Below, one piece after another: positions 27,433 through 40,419 of a DNA stretch of 64,000 bases. A program made the position numbers and the translations under genes. The first letter of the stretch is position 1, and each line of letters opens with the position of its first letter. The DNA comes from Azolla caroliniana (lineage: Eukaryota > Plantae > Polypodiophyta): positions 3,286,001 to 3,350,000 of the forward strand of contig JBHGNT010000008.1 in the NCBI GenBank assembly GCA_043228905.1, written 5' to 3'. Under the pieces are notes generated by a model. The model made no database searches. It was not told the DNA's origin and saw nothing but the letters and a program-made list of their open reading frames with translations.

Positions 27433-30400
27433 AAAGTTAATATTTGGTTGCTAGTAATGAAATCCATCAATTTCATGTAAATTACCATTTTGAAATTCTT
27501 AGAAATATATGGTCGTGCAATATGTAATGATAAGCATGCCATTTTGTGTGATTGTTCTTAGGACTTGATGGATACTAGTTACTAGTTAAGTTTGCAACCA
27601 GGCAAACCATGAATTCAGGTTTGAAGGTAAGTGAATTTATTATTAGGGTTATTTGTATGAATCGATTTTGCATATGATGCTTCGTAGTTGTATTTCTTAA
27701 TGTTATAATGGAAATTAAAAAACCAACTCTTGATTCTACCTAAGCAACTAAGTAATTATAAATGTAAAAGTTTGTGAAGTTCAACTCAATATTTGCAAAG
27801 TTTCATTTGTTAAGTTAGCATTTCTAATATGTTGTCTAGTTTATATTTGTATTCGAAGTGTAACTCTTTCATAATGTTTTTCATAGAGAACACATGCAAA
27901 CTAGAACCATAGCAATACTAAAACATATTCCCATAATAGTCTTTCCATCCTGTGAAGTATTTTTGCCTCATCGAAGGATTTTGTAAGGATCTTTTCGAAG
28001 AGAGTGATAACGGACTGAAGATGCATAGATTTTATTATTGCTTTCAGAGGTCGAATACAATCGATATGATAAAAAATATAACATTTTTATGTTGCAAACT
28101 AGAAATCACATTGTGACCGTGAGATTTTTGTGCAAGGATTGGGTTTGGTTGAAGATGTGTAAACAAGAGTCATGATTGGTGGGTTCCCGTTAGGTTCAAC
28201 CTTGTTGTGTTAAGTCCCACAACGGGTGCAACCATGTGTTTAACTGTCACTACAGAAAAAAAGCCAAATATCTCTTGTATATTAAAGATCAAACAAATGT
28301 TGTCTATCGAGCATCTTGGTTTTTTAAGTCTATGGTGTTCAACCACCCCCATAGAAATAGAGATTGGAGAAGGGAGCATCCCCCATAGAAATAGAAAAAT
28401 TCAAAAGATCGCTTGATTGTACATCCAACCATTTTGTACCATGAATCATAGCAATTAGTAGTGAAGAAAGGCTTCATCTTCAGGATGGACCCATCTAATG
28501 TTAATAACTCGACCTCTTCCACCAATTGGAACTTTCAAGCAAGGACTAGCATCATTCTATTGGAAGACAATACACGTAGGTTCATTAAATGCCCTATAGC
28601 TGATATAATTTGGAAGTACTTGTAATAGATTCGGTAAACTGTAAGTATTATCCCTTTTATTTGAGGCCTTAATAATTGGCTTAGTCTGTTCAATATGGTC
28701 TAAATCTTGTTCCATTTTTTAAGATATTGGAGATTGCAGCACAACTTGGAATATGCATAATGTTTTCATGTTGGATGATAGATATAGGGTGAAAGCCTAT
28801 GTTAAGGAAGTTGAAAAGCATCCTCATGCAGAATTTTTGGATGTTGATGCATGTGGGGATCATTTCCTCAAATGCATATTCAGGTTTTCTAATGGCCTTA
28901 CAAGATATCCCTCTACCTACATACGTAGACAAAGCTAAGAAGTTGTAATAGTGGGGTTTCATACAATTAATATAAATTATGCTTCTTTTACCATATATAT
29001 ATATATATATGGATTTTTATCGTCCACAGAAGATCCATTGCGATCCATAATTATTCTTAGTGTAACCATATGATTGACCTTGGTATGTTTTGGTGTATAG
29101 TCTACTTGAACAAGTGCTTATTGTGATGATGTTCAACCCATGAGGTAATATTTTGCTACATGATAGTGCTATATAACTTGGCCAAGTAAAGTGTATCTTT
29201 ACATAGTGTTACTTCAACCCACATATATCCTTTGCAAGTAAAGTGTATCTTTACATATTGTTACTTCAACCCACATATATCTTTTGCGCTATGTAATTTT
29301 CCGAGCCCTCACTATAAACATAGGTTATTCCTTCATGCCCGATATTTCTTTTGGTGCAAAGCCTTATAGATTTTATGATGTAGCTATCAGTATTACATTT
29401 ATGCTTACCTTCATGTTCTCAAGTTCTCAACCATTATAGTATATATATATATATATATATATATATTGTGAGCTATGTCACTTAATCTGAAGCCTTTATT
29501 CCATGGATATCCTCTACAATTCTAAATCATGATTTTCAAACTTGAGGCAATCCCATAGGTTATCACTTGCTATGCATTTTGAGTTCCTTTCATAGTTTAA
29601 TAGGTTTGGCTTCTTCATTCTTGCTCCGTTGTGGTTCGATCTTACATTACATGTACGTTGGAAAGTTATTCACAAGACCTTTATATGACGATGCCAAAAG
29701 GTAGAGACGTGATGTTATCAGTGAGCAAGGACATGGTGATTAGAACATCTGAAGTATCTTGAAGCTATGTAGGTACATGTTGGTGGGGTAGGTTGGATGG
29801 ATTATAGTCTATGGGAACATGTAAGATGTATGGCAAATGCTATTTGAATGTGAATGCAGATGCAACAATTGAGTGTGATAAATGTGATGTATGTAATTGT
29901 AGTAAATGTTGACTCTAAGGATGTTTTGAAAATGAGAGTGAATAGATGATGTATTCTAATGGTAAGATACCATTAATTTCATGGGTTAAACAATGGGGAG
30001 AGCCTAGAGGTGTACTACAAGAGGACAGTGTAGAAGATGTCGTTGTTGGTCCTAGTGGGTACTATGAAGTGATTTTGACTATAAGGATGTTTTGGTACCC
30101 CTTTTTCAATTTTATGATATTATGGAGTGATTGTGCATTTCAATGTTAAGATGCTATTAATTTCTTGGATTAAACAATGGGTGAGAGGTATAATGTGAGA
30201 AGCTTGTTTGTTGGTCCCCATTATTAGAATGAGGTGATTTTGTGAACACTTATTTTAAAGATTTTCGGTAGTTTATAAAAGAATTCTATTTCATATTGTA
30301 CATTTGAATATGGTAGTGGAATTTCAAGAAATCCTTACTTCGGAGTGTATAGTATGGGTAGAAGTACAATGCAATCAATTGTTCCCGTGACAAGTGGTGC

Positions 30401-32527
30401 ATCATAAAGATTGGAATCCCACCTCATGTCATTCTACCCACCTTTGACTCACGAGTAAGCAAAAAAGAAGGGTGGATCTTCATTAGCGAACAAGTGAAAG
30501 CTTTGCCAATTGTCCCCATAGAAATAACATCTAATTATGATCCAATGATATGAATTATGCTCCACAGGGTTTTTCTCTCATTTGGAATTTGCAAAGAATG
30601 GAGGCTCAATATCATTATATAACATGTATACTTTGGAATATGAATAAGGGACGGTCGATCTAGTTAAAGGTATGCCCTCGTATGCTTTAGCCATGTTATA
30701 ACCTTCTCTTGGGGTTCTTTTGTAGGTCATTGTTTTACTATTTCATGGCCAAAATGTCCTAAGAAGTGCAATGGAGAAGGATACACATGAGGGAACCTAG
30801 TAGCATATGAACACCGATGGCATACAATTTGAGATTACAATTAGTAATTGACCATTCATTGAATTCAAACACAAGTGCAAAATGATCTATGGTATCCCTA
30901 GTCATTCAAAGAAAGTTGTCACTATGCATAAAATATATTATGTCCCACCTACAACAAATATATCTATAATAAGAAGGGGTTTGAGCCATGAATCCATTTA
31001 CTCACAATTGACCCTAAGTATGTAGCTCGAAGAGTATACATGATAGATTGCATTGATGTCGTCTAATCACCATCACAAGAAGCATGGAAATCTTCCATCA
31101 ATAATCCCCATATGCCAACTCTAAGTTTGTAACAATAATATTCTTTCATTTGCCACATATACTCCTACTATCCATAATAGTTTATCATTACACAAATTCT
31201 CAATAACAATTTGTTGACCCAAAACATCCCTTGTGATTGAGATAAATTCTTTACAAACAAACCTTCTTGATTTATCCCTTCATAAAACAAAGCATAGCCC
31301 TAATCACAAATCATGGAACCAACATTTTTATGTTCCTTATATTCAATTGCACATAAAACCATTCCAATCAATTCGAATTACATTTCTCCACAACTCCCGC
31401 ATTTTAAACTTAGAACAAATCCCACGCACATTCCAACTGGTCGCTTTCATTCCTTATGACTTTGTTTTGATTTGAGGTTCACACAGTTGTTAAAAAAACA
31501 AGTATTTTATACTTTGAATACACTTTAGAATGCTTTGAAGTATATTGCATTCTAGAATAGCCATTTAAAAATGTTTCAAGTATTTTACATATTAAACGTT
31601 TCCAAAAAAAATTTAAAATATTTTTAAAAATAAAAACTTTAAATTTTATGAAGTATTTAGTGTATTCTATGTAATTAACATATTTTACCTCTAGAATACG
31701 TATCACAAGTTTTTAGAAAAACAATATATCTCACAAATTAATATCTATAGTTTGAACTTTGTATTAACTTTGTAACATCTCGTTGTGTAAGGAGTTTTCG
31801 TTTTGTGAGCTTCTATCATCTCAAAAACCTCCATATTTTGAGCACTTATGACCTCACATGTATTCTTCTCGGTTCTTGTTTTTAGGACATTTGGCCATGC
31901 AATAGCAAAACAATGATCCACACAAGAACCCCAATGTAGCTTATAAAGTGTGACTTGAATGAAGCATATGAATATGACATGCGTTTAACCAGATTAGCCT
32001 TTCCCCTTATTCCATGTTATATAACAATATTAGGCAATGGCATAAGAGGTGACACTACAATCTTGGCGATGACGCTCTCTAACGAAGTTTGCATCAACTC
32101 CGCACATGATGAAATGGACGATGTGTTCACATCTATCCATACTAGACACTCGTGGGTAAGGATATCTCGGAAACATGCGGAGAAGATCCTCTAATAGAAG
32201 GGAAACGGTGCTAGAATTCTTTTTTTTTGTGTGTGTATAGAAAGAGGTGTTTTAGTTTTGGGGGGAAGGAAGGTGAAGATTTTTTCCGTTGAAAGTTCAA
32301 CAGATTCGATGCCATTTGAGAGTGCAGAGAAGAGATGCCAATGTGCAGAGTAGATCGATGGCAATATTGAGGGGGGTGTGTGGTATGGACAAGGTTTTGT
32401 ATGCTTCCCAGGAGGTGGCGACGGGAGTGTATAGGATAAGAGACAGACGAGGTTCGGGTACGAAGGCAAAAGCCCACGCTCAATCGGACCGCGGAGGACC
32501 ATATCAAATGGAAGAGCTGACATTTGT

Positions 32528-32547
32528 AAACCCTAAACCCTAAACCC
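32528..32547 (+). promoter_or_regulatory. Telo-box cluster (AAACCCT)x2.9 with a nearby site II-like AGCCCA (32471-32476)
   Basis: AAACCCTAAACCCTAAACCC lies about 450 bp upstream of the ATG at 32987. Confidence 0.6.
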
Positions 32548-32675
32548 ACCCTAGAAGAAGCGGAAGGTTCCCGTGGGCACCCCCCCCCCCCCCCCCCACC
32601 AAGCGGATCACCGCCCACTATGCTCCCGTTGAGCGGCCGGACAAATGTCGGACAAATACATAAATTATAGGAACA

Positions 32676-32790
32676 CTACTCTGTTCCCACAGAATCAATA
32701 CATAATTTAATACATACTACTACTCTGTTCCCACAGAATCAATACATAAATAATACTCTACTCTGTTCCCATAGAATCAACAAAATACTC
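32676..32790. repeat. Three to four ~40-bp direct repeats in the promoter/5' UTR
   Basis: TACTCTGTTCCCAYAGAATCAA occurs three times, plus a partial fourth copy. Confidence 0.85.
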
Positions 32791-32986
32791 TGTTTCTACT
32801 CCTCACCACTACCAGTAAAGACTCAGAATCAGAATCATCAGGATCAGGATCAGGATCAGAATCATAATCATAATCAGAAGAATCAGAATCAGAATCAGCA
32901 TCAGAAGAAGAAGGAGGAGGAGGAGGAGGAGGAGGAGGAGGAGAGAGACAGGTCGTAGTTGGGGGGCGGGGCGGGGCGTTTTATCC

Positions 32987-35900
32987 ATGGATGGGAGCTT
33001 TAGTAGCCCCTCTTCACCCGCAGGACCCAGGCTATGGCGACCTGCTGCGCAGAGGAGCGTGAGGAACTCGTGGTCCTCCCTCTCCAAGCAAATCGTGGCC
33101 TGGAACTCTTCTTCTTCCTGCGCTCTCTCCTCGGCCACTTCCTTGGTCAATTCTATCCTCTCTGAAAGGTTAGTTGTTCATTCATTCGTTTTCCGTTTCC
33201 TGGCTAAATATTAGCTTTTTACTAAGAACATCCTTTTAAAAAAAAAAACAAACTGCCAATCATATGTCTTTCTTTCCTTGTTTCTGTCGTCTCTGTTCCA
33301 TCGAGTAAGATCATCAGATTCTTCCATAGTTTATTTTGGTATGTTTGTTCGGGTTCAGTTAATTTTCCATATTCTTTCTTTTTAATTCCTGCCCCTTTTC
33401 ACTTTGCTAATATTTTCTTGATATCTCATGGTTAGATCATTTGTACATTGTCTTACTCCAAATTCCGTGTCTTGCTTATACACAACATTTAAATGTAATT
33501 CTGTTGCTAGTATAGTATTTTCAGTATGAACCTCAGTATTTATGTATTGGCGTCAATAATCTTCTTGTATGAGTCCTGTTGTTTACATTTTAGGGACAAG
33601 CTCACTTGATTTCTGTAGCTGAGATGCTTGGAGGGTAATTTCAGTACCAGTGGCTCAGTAAAAAAAGGAAATCCAATGCTTCTATTATAGTATTTTGGTA
33701 TTGTTGGAGTCTAATGGTTTGTGTGATGTTATCAGATTAGCAAAGTGGTTCTTTCCTTTCGTAGTTTTCAATGCTTGGATGGTAACTCTGCTATGAATTT
33801 AATTGTTTATAGCTTAGAAACAACATTTTCTTCCTTGTATTTGAGTTTCTAAGCTTGGATAGTATTTTGGTATGAATCTCAGATCAAAGCCAATATTCTA
33901 ATGAGATCTGATGCTTCTGTGATAGTATTTTGGTATGTTATTCCAAATTTAGCTGATATGCAGCATTTTTTTATGACTTCTATTAGTTCCAATGCTTGAA
34001 TACTGCCCTGCCATGACTTTGAGATCAACACTAAACTTTTTATGTAATCTGTTGTTTCTTTGATTGTAGATTGCATGCTAATCTAAATATGTTGGACCAT
34101 TTTGTAATTCTGGTGGTTTCTTTCGTCAAGTTAATTATATTGGTTTTATTAATATAGTTATGATGGTTTGCTAAAAAAGGAAAACAGCATTTGAGTAGGT
34201 GTAAATGAGCAATTTGTATCAAGCAAAGCTAAATATACAGATGTGCATTACTATAGGAGATGTTGATGAGACATAAACTAGTTCTAGTTAAAGCGGAGGC
34301 CACATTAACTGAAATATGATCATTCTAGTTAATGGGTTATAGTCTAATTCCTATTCTGAGTAAGGGTTTTATTAATATAGTTATGATGGTTTGCTAAAAA
34401 AGGAAAACAGCATTTGAGTAGGTGTAAATGAGCAATTTGTATCAAGCAAAGCTAAATATACAGATGTGCATTACTATAGGAGATGTTGATGAGACATAAA
34501 CTAGTTCTAGTTAAAGCGGAGGCCACATTAACTGAAATATGATCATTCTAGTTAATGGGTTATAGTCTAATTCCTATTCTGAGTAAGGGTTTTATTAATA
34601 TAGTTATGATGGTTTGCTAAAAAAGGAAAACAGCATTTGAGTAGGTGTAAATGAGCAATTTGTATCAAGCAAAGCTAAATATACAGATGTGCATTACTAT
34701 AGGAGATGTTGATGAGACATAAACTAGTTCTAGTTAAAGCGGAGGCCACATTAACTGAAATATGATCATTCTAGTTAATGGGTTATAGTCTAATTCCTAT
34801 TCTGAGTAAGGGTTTTATTAATATAGTTATGATGGTTTGCTAAAAAAGGAAAACAGCATTTGAGTAGGTGTAAATGAGCAATTTGTATCAAGCAAAGCTA
34901 AATATACAGATGTGCATTACTATAGGAGATGTTGATGAGACATAAACTAGTTCTAGTTAAAGCGGAGGCCACATTAACTGAAATATGATCATTCTAGTTA
35001 ATGGGTTATAGTCTAATTCCTATTCTGAGTAAGGGTTTTATTAATATAGTTATGATGGTTTGCTAAAAAAGGAAAACAGCATTTGAGTAGGTGTAAATGA
35101 GCAATTTGTATCAAGCAAAGCTAAATATACAGATGTGCATTACTATAGGAGATGTTGATGAGACATAAACTAGTTCTAGTTAAAGCGGAGGCCACATTAA
35201 CTGAAATATGATCATTCTAGTTAATGGGTTATAGTCTAATTCCTATTCTGAGTAAGGGTTTTATTAATATAGTTATGATGGTTTGCTAAAAAAGGAAAAC
35301 AGCATTTGAGTAGGTGTAAATGAGCAATTTGTATCAAGCAAAGCTAAATATACAGATGTGCATTACTATAGGAGATGTTGATGAGACATAAACTAGTTCT
35401 AGTTAAAGCGGAGGCCACATTAACTGAAATATGATCATTCTAGTTAATGGGTTATAGTCTAATTCCTATTCTGAGTAAGGGAAAATCTAGGGTTTGAAGA
35501 CGTGAGGTTGCACCCCGAATATCACCTTATCAAGAATAGTAATTCCTAATATACCTCTAGTCTTCAGTTGCCTACTGCGCGTAACATCCTGTTAACTGAA
35601 GTAGATCTTCACATTGGTTGAAAATTTCGAGTTCTTTCATGTCTTCTCCTTTCTGATTCTCCATTTCTGCTGACATGATAGGTATGTGAAATCACTAAAT
35701 TTAGGAGTCCTACAGGAAATGAAAGGCATAAGAACAAAGGCATGTAAAAAGTATTTTCTCCAGGGGGTACGGTAGATCATACATACAAAATTTATCAACT
35801 TAAGAATGAAGTACTAGTTTTTGGTTTTAATTTTTTTTATTTGAATAATGTGTAGGAGCGCTATTGCTTGGATTTATTGAGGAGCTACGAAAACTTGGTT

Positions 35901-38900
35901 TGTTGAAAAAGTTAAATTAAAAATCATAGTGGCATGGAATTTCCAGGAACGTATTTATTCATTTAGACTCTTAGCATTCAGTTGGTCTGTCGTTACTGTC
36001 ATTCAGTGCCTGTTACAGATGAATTAGTTTGGAACATAGTTACATTCCCAGGTCTTTATATGCATTGACAATGTGTCAGACTTCTTATAACCTCAAAGTA
36101 GATAGTGTGTTGTGAATATATTGTACTATGTTAGAGCTATTACTAAATAAGCATTCTTTTTTACTATTAGGGTCAGCCATAACAGAGCTAGCACACATAT
36201 CAATGTTAATATATCTTTTTTATTTTGCATCAAGCATTGTCAAAATGAAGATCCAATGGCTGCCATGCTCTACTACTGCCAGAGAAACATCTGTTGTACA
36301 TGTTTTATGATGTCTTACTAAAGGCTAAGAAGCTATGATATGCTTGTGAAAATATCCTCATTTTAGGCTTTCTAAACTTAAGGATTCCTCTCCCAAAGAG
36401 TTCGTGGGGGGAATAGACGCATGTGTGATTCGAGGAAATGAGAGAATGATAGCATTGCACCTGACAATCTTAATCAGGAGGCCACATTATACCGAAATAC
36501 CATATAACCATCTCTTCTACAAACAGATAAACGAGTCACTAACCATTGCTTAACTAAAATGCTATTTCTATTATCTCCCCTTAATTCCACTCATCATCTT
36601 AAATCTCCTTGTTTTTCGTCTCCTTTATATTGTAGGTATGCATGATAAGTATGATTAAGGTGCCAATCTAGGTCTTGAACATGTAACCCAAAAAGTTGAT
36701 ATAGACTTTTGATTTGTTTAGGTAGACTCTCTGTCAATGATGTTGAAGGCAAAAGATTCAATGCGAACATACTTAAAAGGTCCGATTGGTAGTCCTCTTG
36801 TAGAATTTTCCAATCAGAAATTCCTTAGTGAGGACACAGGAGATGGGGATGGTTCAGCTGTTTTTTCATCATTCTCACTCACTACACATGGTATTCATCT
36901 TTTCTTTGAGGAATTTTGGCGATTGTGCAGAAGTAAAATTACAATGTAATTACAATGTTAGTATGCTAAACAAGGTCTAATCAATTCTAGGAGCTGTGTA
37001 ATGGCCAACCCCACTACCAATCCAAAAACATCTATTGTGAAAGGAAAGCTGAACTGGACTTTATAGAAATTCCAATGGGTTTTGTACATCTATTATAAAA
37101 CCATGTTTTCTGGGAGAATGAAGAAATTTGACCTGCTAACATATTCCTGTTAATAATTGAGATCGTACAGGAAAACAATCTATTAATAAATAGATGCAAT
37201 GGCCTTTCAATGCCACATAATGTTTTTGTAATGTGATGTAACTTTACATAACCTGCATTGCTTGTGGAAGTTATGTTTCCGTCTGTTGAATGTCTTCTCA
37301 AAGAGTGTTGATCCTCGGAGAAATGGATTGTAGTTTTTTTAGTCAAGTGTTACAAGTTCCATTTAAAAAGAGTTGGGGACGCAGCTTAGGAATATAGTCA
37401 GGTTGGGTGCTTCTTGGCCTGGAAGACAAGTGAGAACACAGAAACCTTTGGCAGGACATTAGCGTTGAGACTCCTCAACTTCCTCATCTTGAGCTACTAA
37501 AGCCACTTTGAGATATATACTCATCCCCTTGCCTATCCTTTGTAGTTATATTTATAAGCACATCATGTACTCGAATCGAGGATGTGTATTGGGATTCCAG
37601 AGCCATTATTTGGTTTTCATTGGGTACAATGCAAGAGAGATCTCAATCAGGCCAAAATCCTTCAAATGGATTAAAGGTGGCACCATATTTTTTAGTGAGT
37701 CCATCCAGTTTCTTTGTAGTTCAAGCTTTCACATTTGTTGACCTCCCGCAATACAATTCAGTTTCTAAATGCAGAGACTAATGGGTAAAGAGGGCAGATA
37801 ACATCCTGTTGCTCTGTCTCAATGTTTCTTTTACCCCTGTGTTTCTGGGAGTCTCCAAAATGACCATTGGTGCTGTCCTTTTCTCAATATCAGCTATAAT
37901 AGATGGTTTTGTGATCCTTAATGATGTATCCTCAGTTGTCAACACGATTTTGATCAGCAATACTATGTTGCGAGAATCTGTATTGTTAGATATAATCAAT
38001 GATCAGCCCCAAGTTGTAAATCTATCCCCATATGTGCTCTTAGAGTGCACATTTTGTGATAGCGCCCCAAATTAGGTCCAAGGTATGGTCCAAGGTATAG
38101 AAAACACTCTTAAAATTACGTGACGTTTATGTTTCTGCTTATTGATGCTTAGTCTATTTGTTGACCCAATGCACGAGGAGTGTCCAGTATCATATATATT
38201 GATGCAAATGTTCCTAACCACAGCAGTCCTGCTCCACAAGTCTTTGAGCCTTTAGGATAGCTAGAACTATGATGCGAAACATTTGGTTGGAAGCTCCTTA
38301 CCATCTTCACAGTTGAGTATGTGCATGGAGAGTTCAAATATATCCATCATAATCTGCATTAAAGAGAGCCAATGTGCTGTAGAAATCCATCAGAATCCTG
38401 AACTCTCCTAGATTGAGCTTTTTTGTCCTATCTTGAGAAGAAACGGAAGCTTGTGAAACAAGGTCAGACTGATACAATACCAGTCATTAAATGAGTATTT
38501 TAAATGAGTATGCAATACTCATTTAATGACTGGTGAAGGTGAGAAGCATATGCATGGTGCATAGTGGGTGGGCACCAGATGGAGATACATATTCTGTGGC
38601 ATCCGATGAAGCCTCTTATGAACCATGTGTGGGTATGTGAGAATAGTGTTCTGTTGCCAGCCAACAAAAAACTCTTCCAAATAGCCAGAAATCACAATCA
38701 TGTGTGTGGAATTGAAGGATGGATGTCTTATAAGAAAACACGCACGCATACACATTATGCAGGTATTTGTTCATGACAAATAGATGCATGCATTGTATCT
38801 TGGTCATTTGAAAAATGGTAGTAATGTAAGAAGTGATTTCTATTGAAAGTTCACAGGATGGAGAGATATCACTCACATGCCACATTTGTGACATTTATCA

Positions 38901-40419
38901 TTTAGCATTTGTTAGTAAGTTTTGTGGGTGTTTTGCCATCTTTATTTCATTTATTTACACTGATGGTCTCTTCTTTATTAACTCCTCAACAGAGATGCTA
39001 GCTAAGGAAATACTGGATATGTTTATGTTGGAAATCCAAATCAAGGTATTTAATTCGTATTGAATGAGTCTTTTATGCTTGTGCCTCTCCTCAACAGAGA
39101 TGATAACCTACACTTGTTGCTGTATTTGCAAAACTATTTGGCTTCATAGCCCTGTGCATTCACATGATTTTTCTGGATGCTTTCGTTTGTAGTGGCTGAT
39201 TGTCTCGGAGCTTCATTCATTGTTATATTTAGGAGTCGAAGATGAATATGAAGGGAAAAAAACTTCAGAAAGGATGATGCATGATATACTTGTGCAAACT
39301 AATTTAAAGATTCCAGGTGTAATTCTCGGAGGACAAACACAAGATGTTGACATGGGATTTAAAAGAATTTCTGGAGAAGAGATAAAACGGGAAGTTCTAC
39401 AGGTAAAGCTACCATATGGTTCCTGAAAACAGGAAATGGATATGTAAATGTACATTAAAAAGGATTACAAAGTAATGTTGAGAATCATGATATTTATCCT
39501 GAGAACATTCAAACAAGGATATGATATATAACATTTTTGACGAAATGTAGCTAGAATGTAATTAAGAGGAAAACTTAATATAGGATTTGGATTCAAAACT
39601 TGTTGATTGTGAAGATGGTTGCAGATGTCTATATCGTCCACATGGTCAAAATATGACCCAGTTTGTAGCTTGTGCCTGAAGAACTGTAACCCTGCAATTG
39701 AATAATCCACTCCCATAGAAAATTCATAGGTCTTCTTGAAGTCGAGTTACAAAATCTTTGTTTCTATTTGTTTCAGGCCACCGACCCTGAAAGTGAAGAT
39801 TTTGTCAGGGTATTGTGATCTATGTTATGTGGAAATTAATGCTTTTCAGCTCACCAACCCTGAAATTTGAAGATATTGTCAGGGTATTGGGATCTATGTT
39901 TTGTGGAAATTAATGCTTGTTCTCTCATTTATTTAAACCATGCTAATTGATTGGATTTTTACAAGAACTAGTTTTTAGAATTGAACCTGTGATAATGTAC
40001 ATATGTTACACTGAATGGCTTTTTGAAGTTAAACTTGTATGATTGATTTTTTGGTTTAAAGTTTCAAGCTTGAATTTTATAAGCTACAGGTATATTTGAC
40101 TGCTTGGCTGGCTGAAGTAAACATAAACAAGAGAAGGTAAGCAACTCTGATGTGAGTGATCTTACCTCAAAAGTCTTTCTAAAAATGAAATAGTGCAAAA
40201 CAAATATATTATTGAACTGCATTTTTGTATGCATTATTTAGGATAATATAAGGGCTGTTTGTGACCATATGATGGCCATTGCTCATCATGATGCTCTGAC
40301 TATATGACTATATGAGATTTGAAGAAAACTGTATTTATCAGTGAGTCTCTTGCAGGCGGGACAGAATTTTGAAAAGCATTAGTGATGAGATCCAAGTCAA
40401 TCTGTCAGCTTCAGTCTAA
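32987..40419 (+). CDS. Uncharacterised plant protein, 283 aa (candidate CINP/C1orf109-like); exons 32987-33168, 35682-35766, 35856-35897, 36722-36890, 38993-39045, 39193-39402, 40090-40136, 40356-40419
   Basis: Eight GT-AG exons join in phase (852 nt): RLWRPAAQRSVRNSW..ATSLVNS..LGVLQEM..GSPLVEFS..DTGDGDGSAVF..LAKEILDMF..EVLQVYLTAWLAEVNI..SV*. I recall RLWRPAAQR and VYLTxWLAEVNI as motifs of a conserved plant family. The functional label is inference. Confidence 0.88.
34142..35481. repeat. Tandem array of six 223-bp units in intron 1
   Basis: Units start at 34142, 34365, 34588, 34811, 35034 and 35257. No differences were spotted by eye. Confidence 0.97.
36990..38070 (-). mobile_element. Possible highly decayed L1-type LINE remnant in intron 4
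   Basis: Minus-strand fragments IVLLIKIVLTT..IADIEKR and HKQCRLCKV..NIMWH resemble the post-RT and zf-RVT regions of plant L1. The signal is weak. Confidence 0.35.

Noticed and set aside
28170-28960. Short ORFs or possible minus-strand LINE debris
   Set aside because: No diagnostic RT or endonuclease motif could be read.
32368-32395. GAGGGGGG followed by TGTGG as a PPT-LTR junction
   Set aside because: No upstream RNase H/integrase coding sequence and no LTR end or TSD found.
34142-35481. Array as a CRISPR-like locus (the 28-bp LTR repeats were also considered)
   Set aside because: Units are head-to-tail with no unique spacers, there are no cas genes, and the context is eukaryotic.
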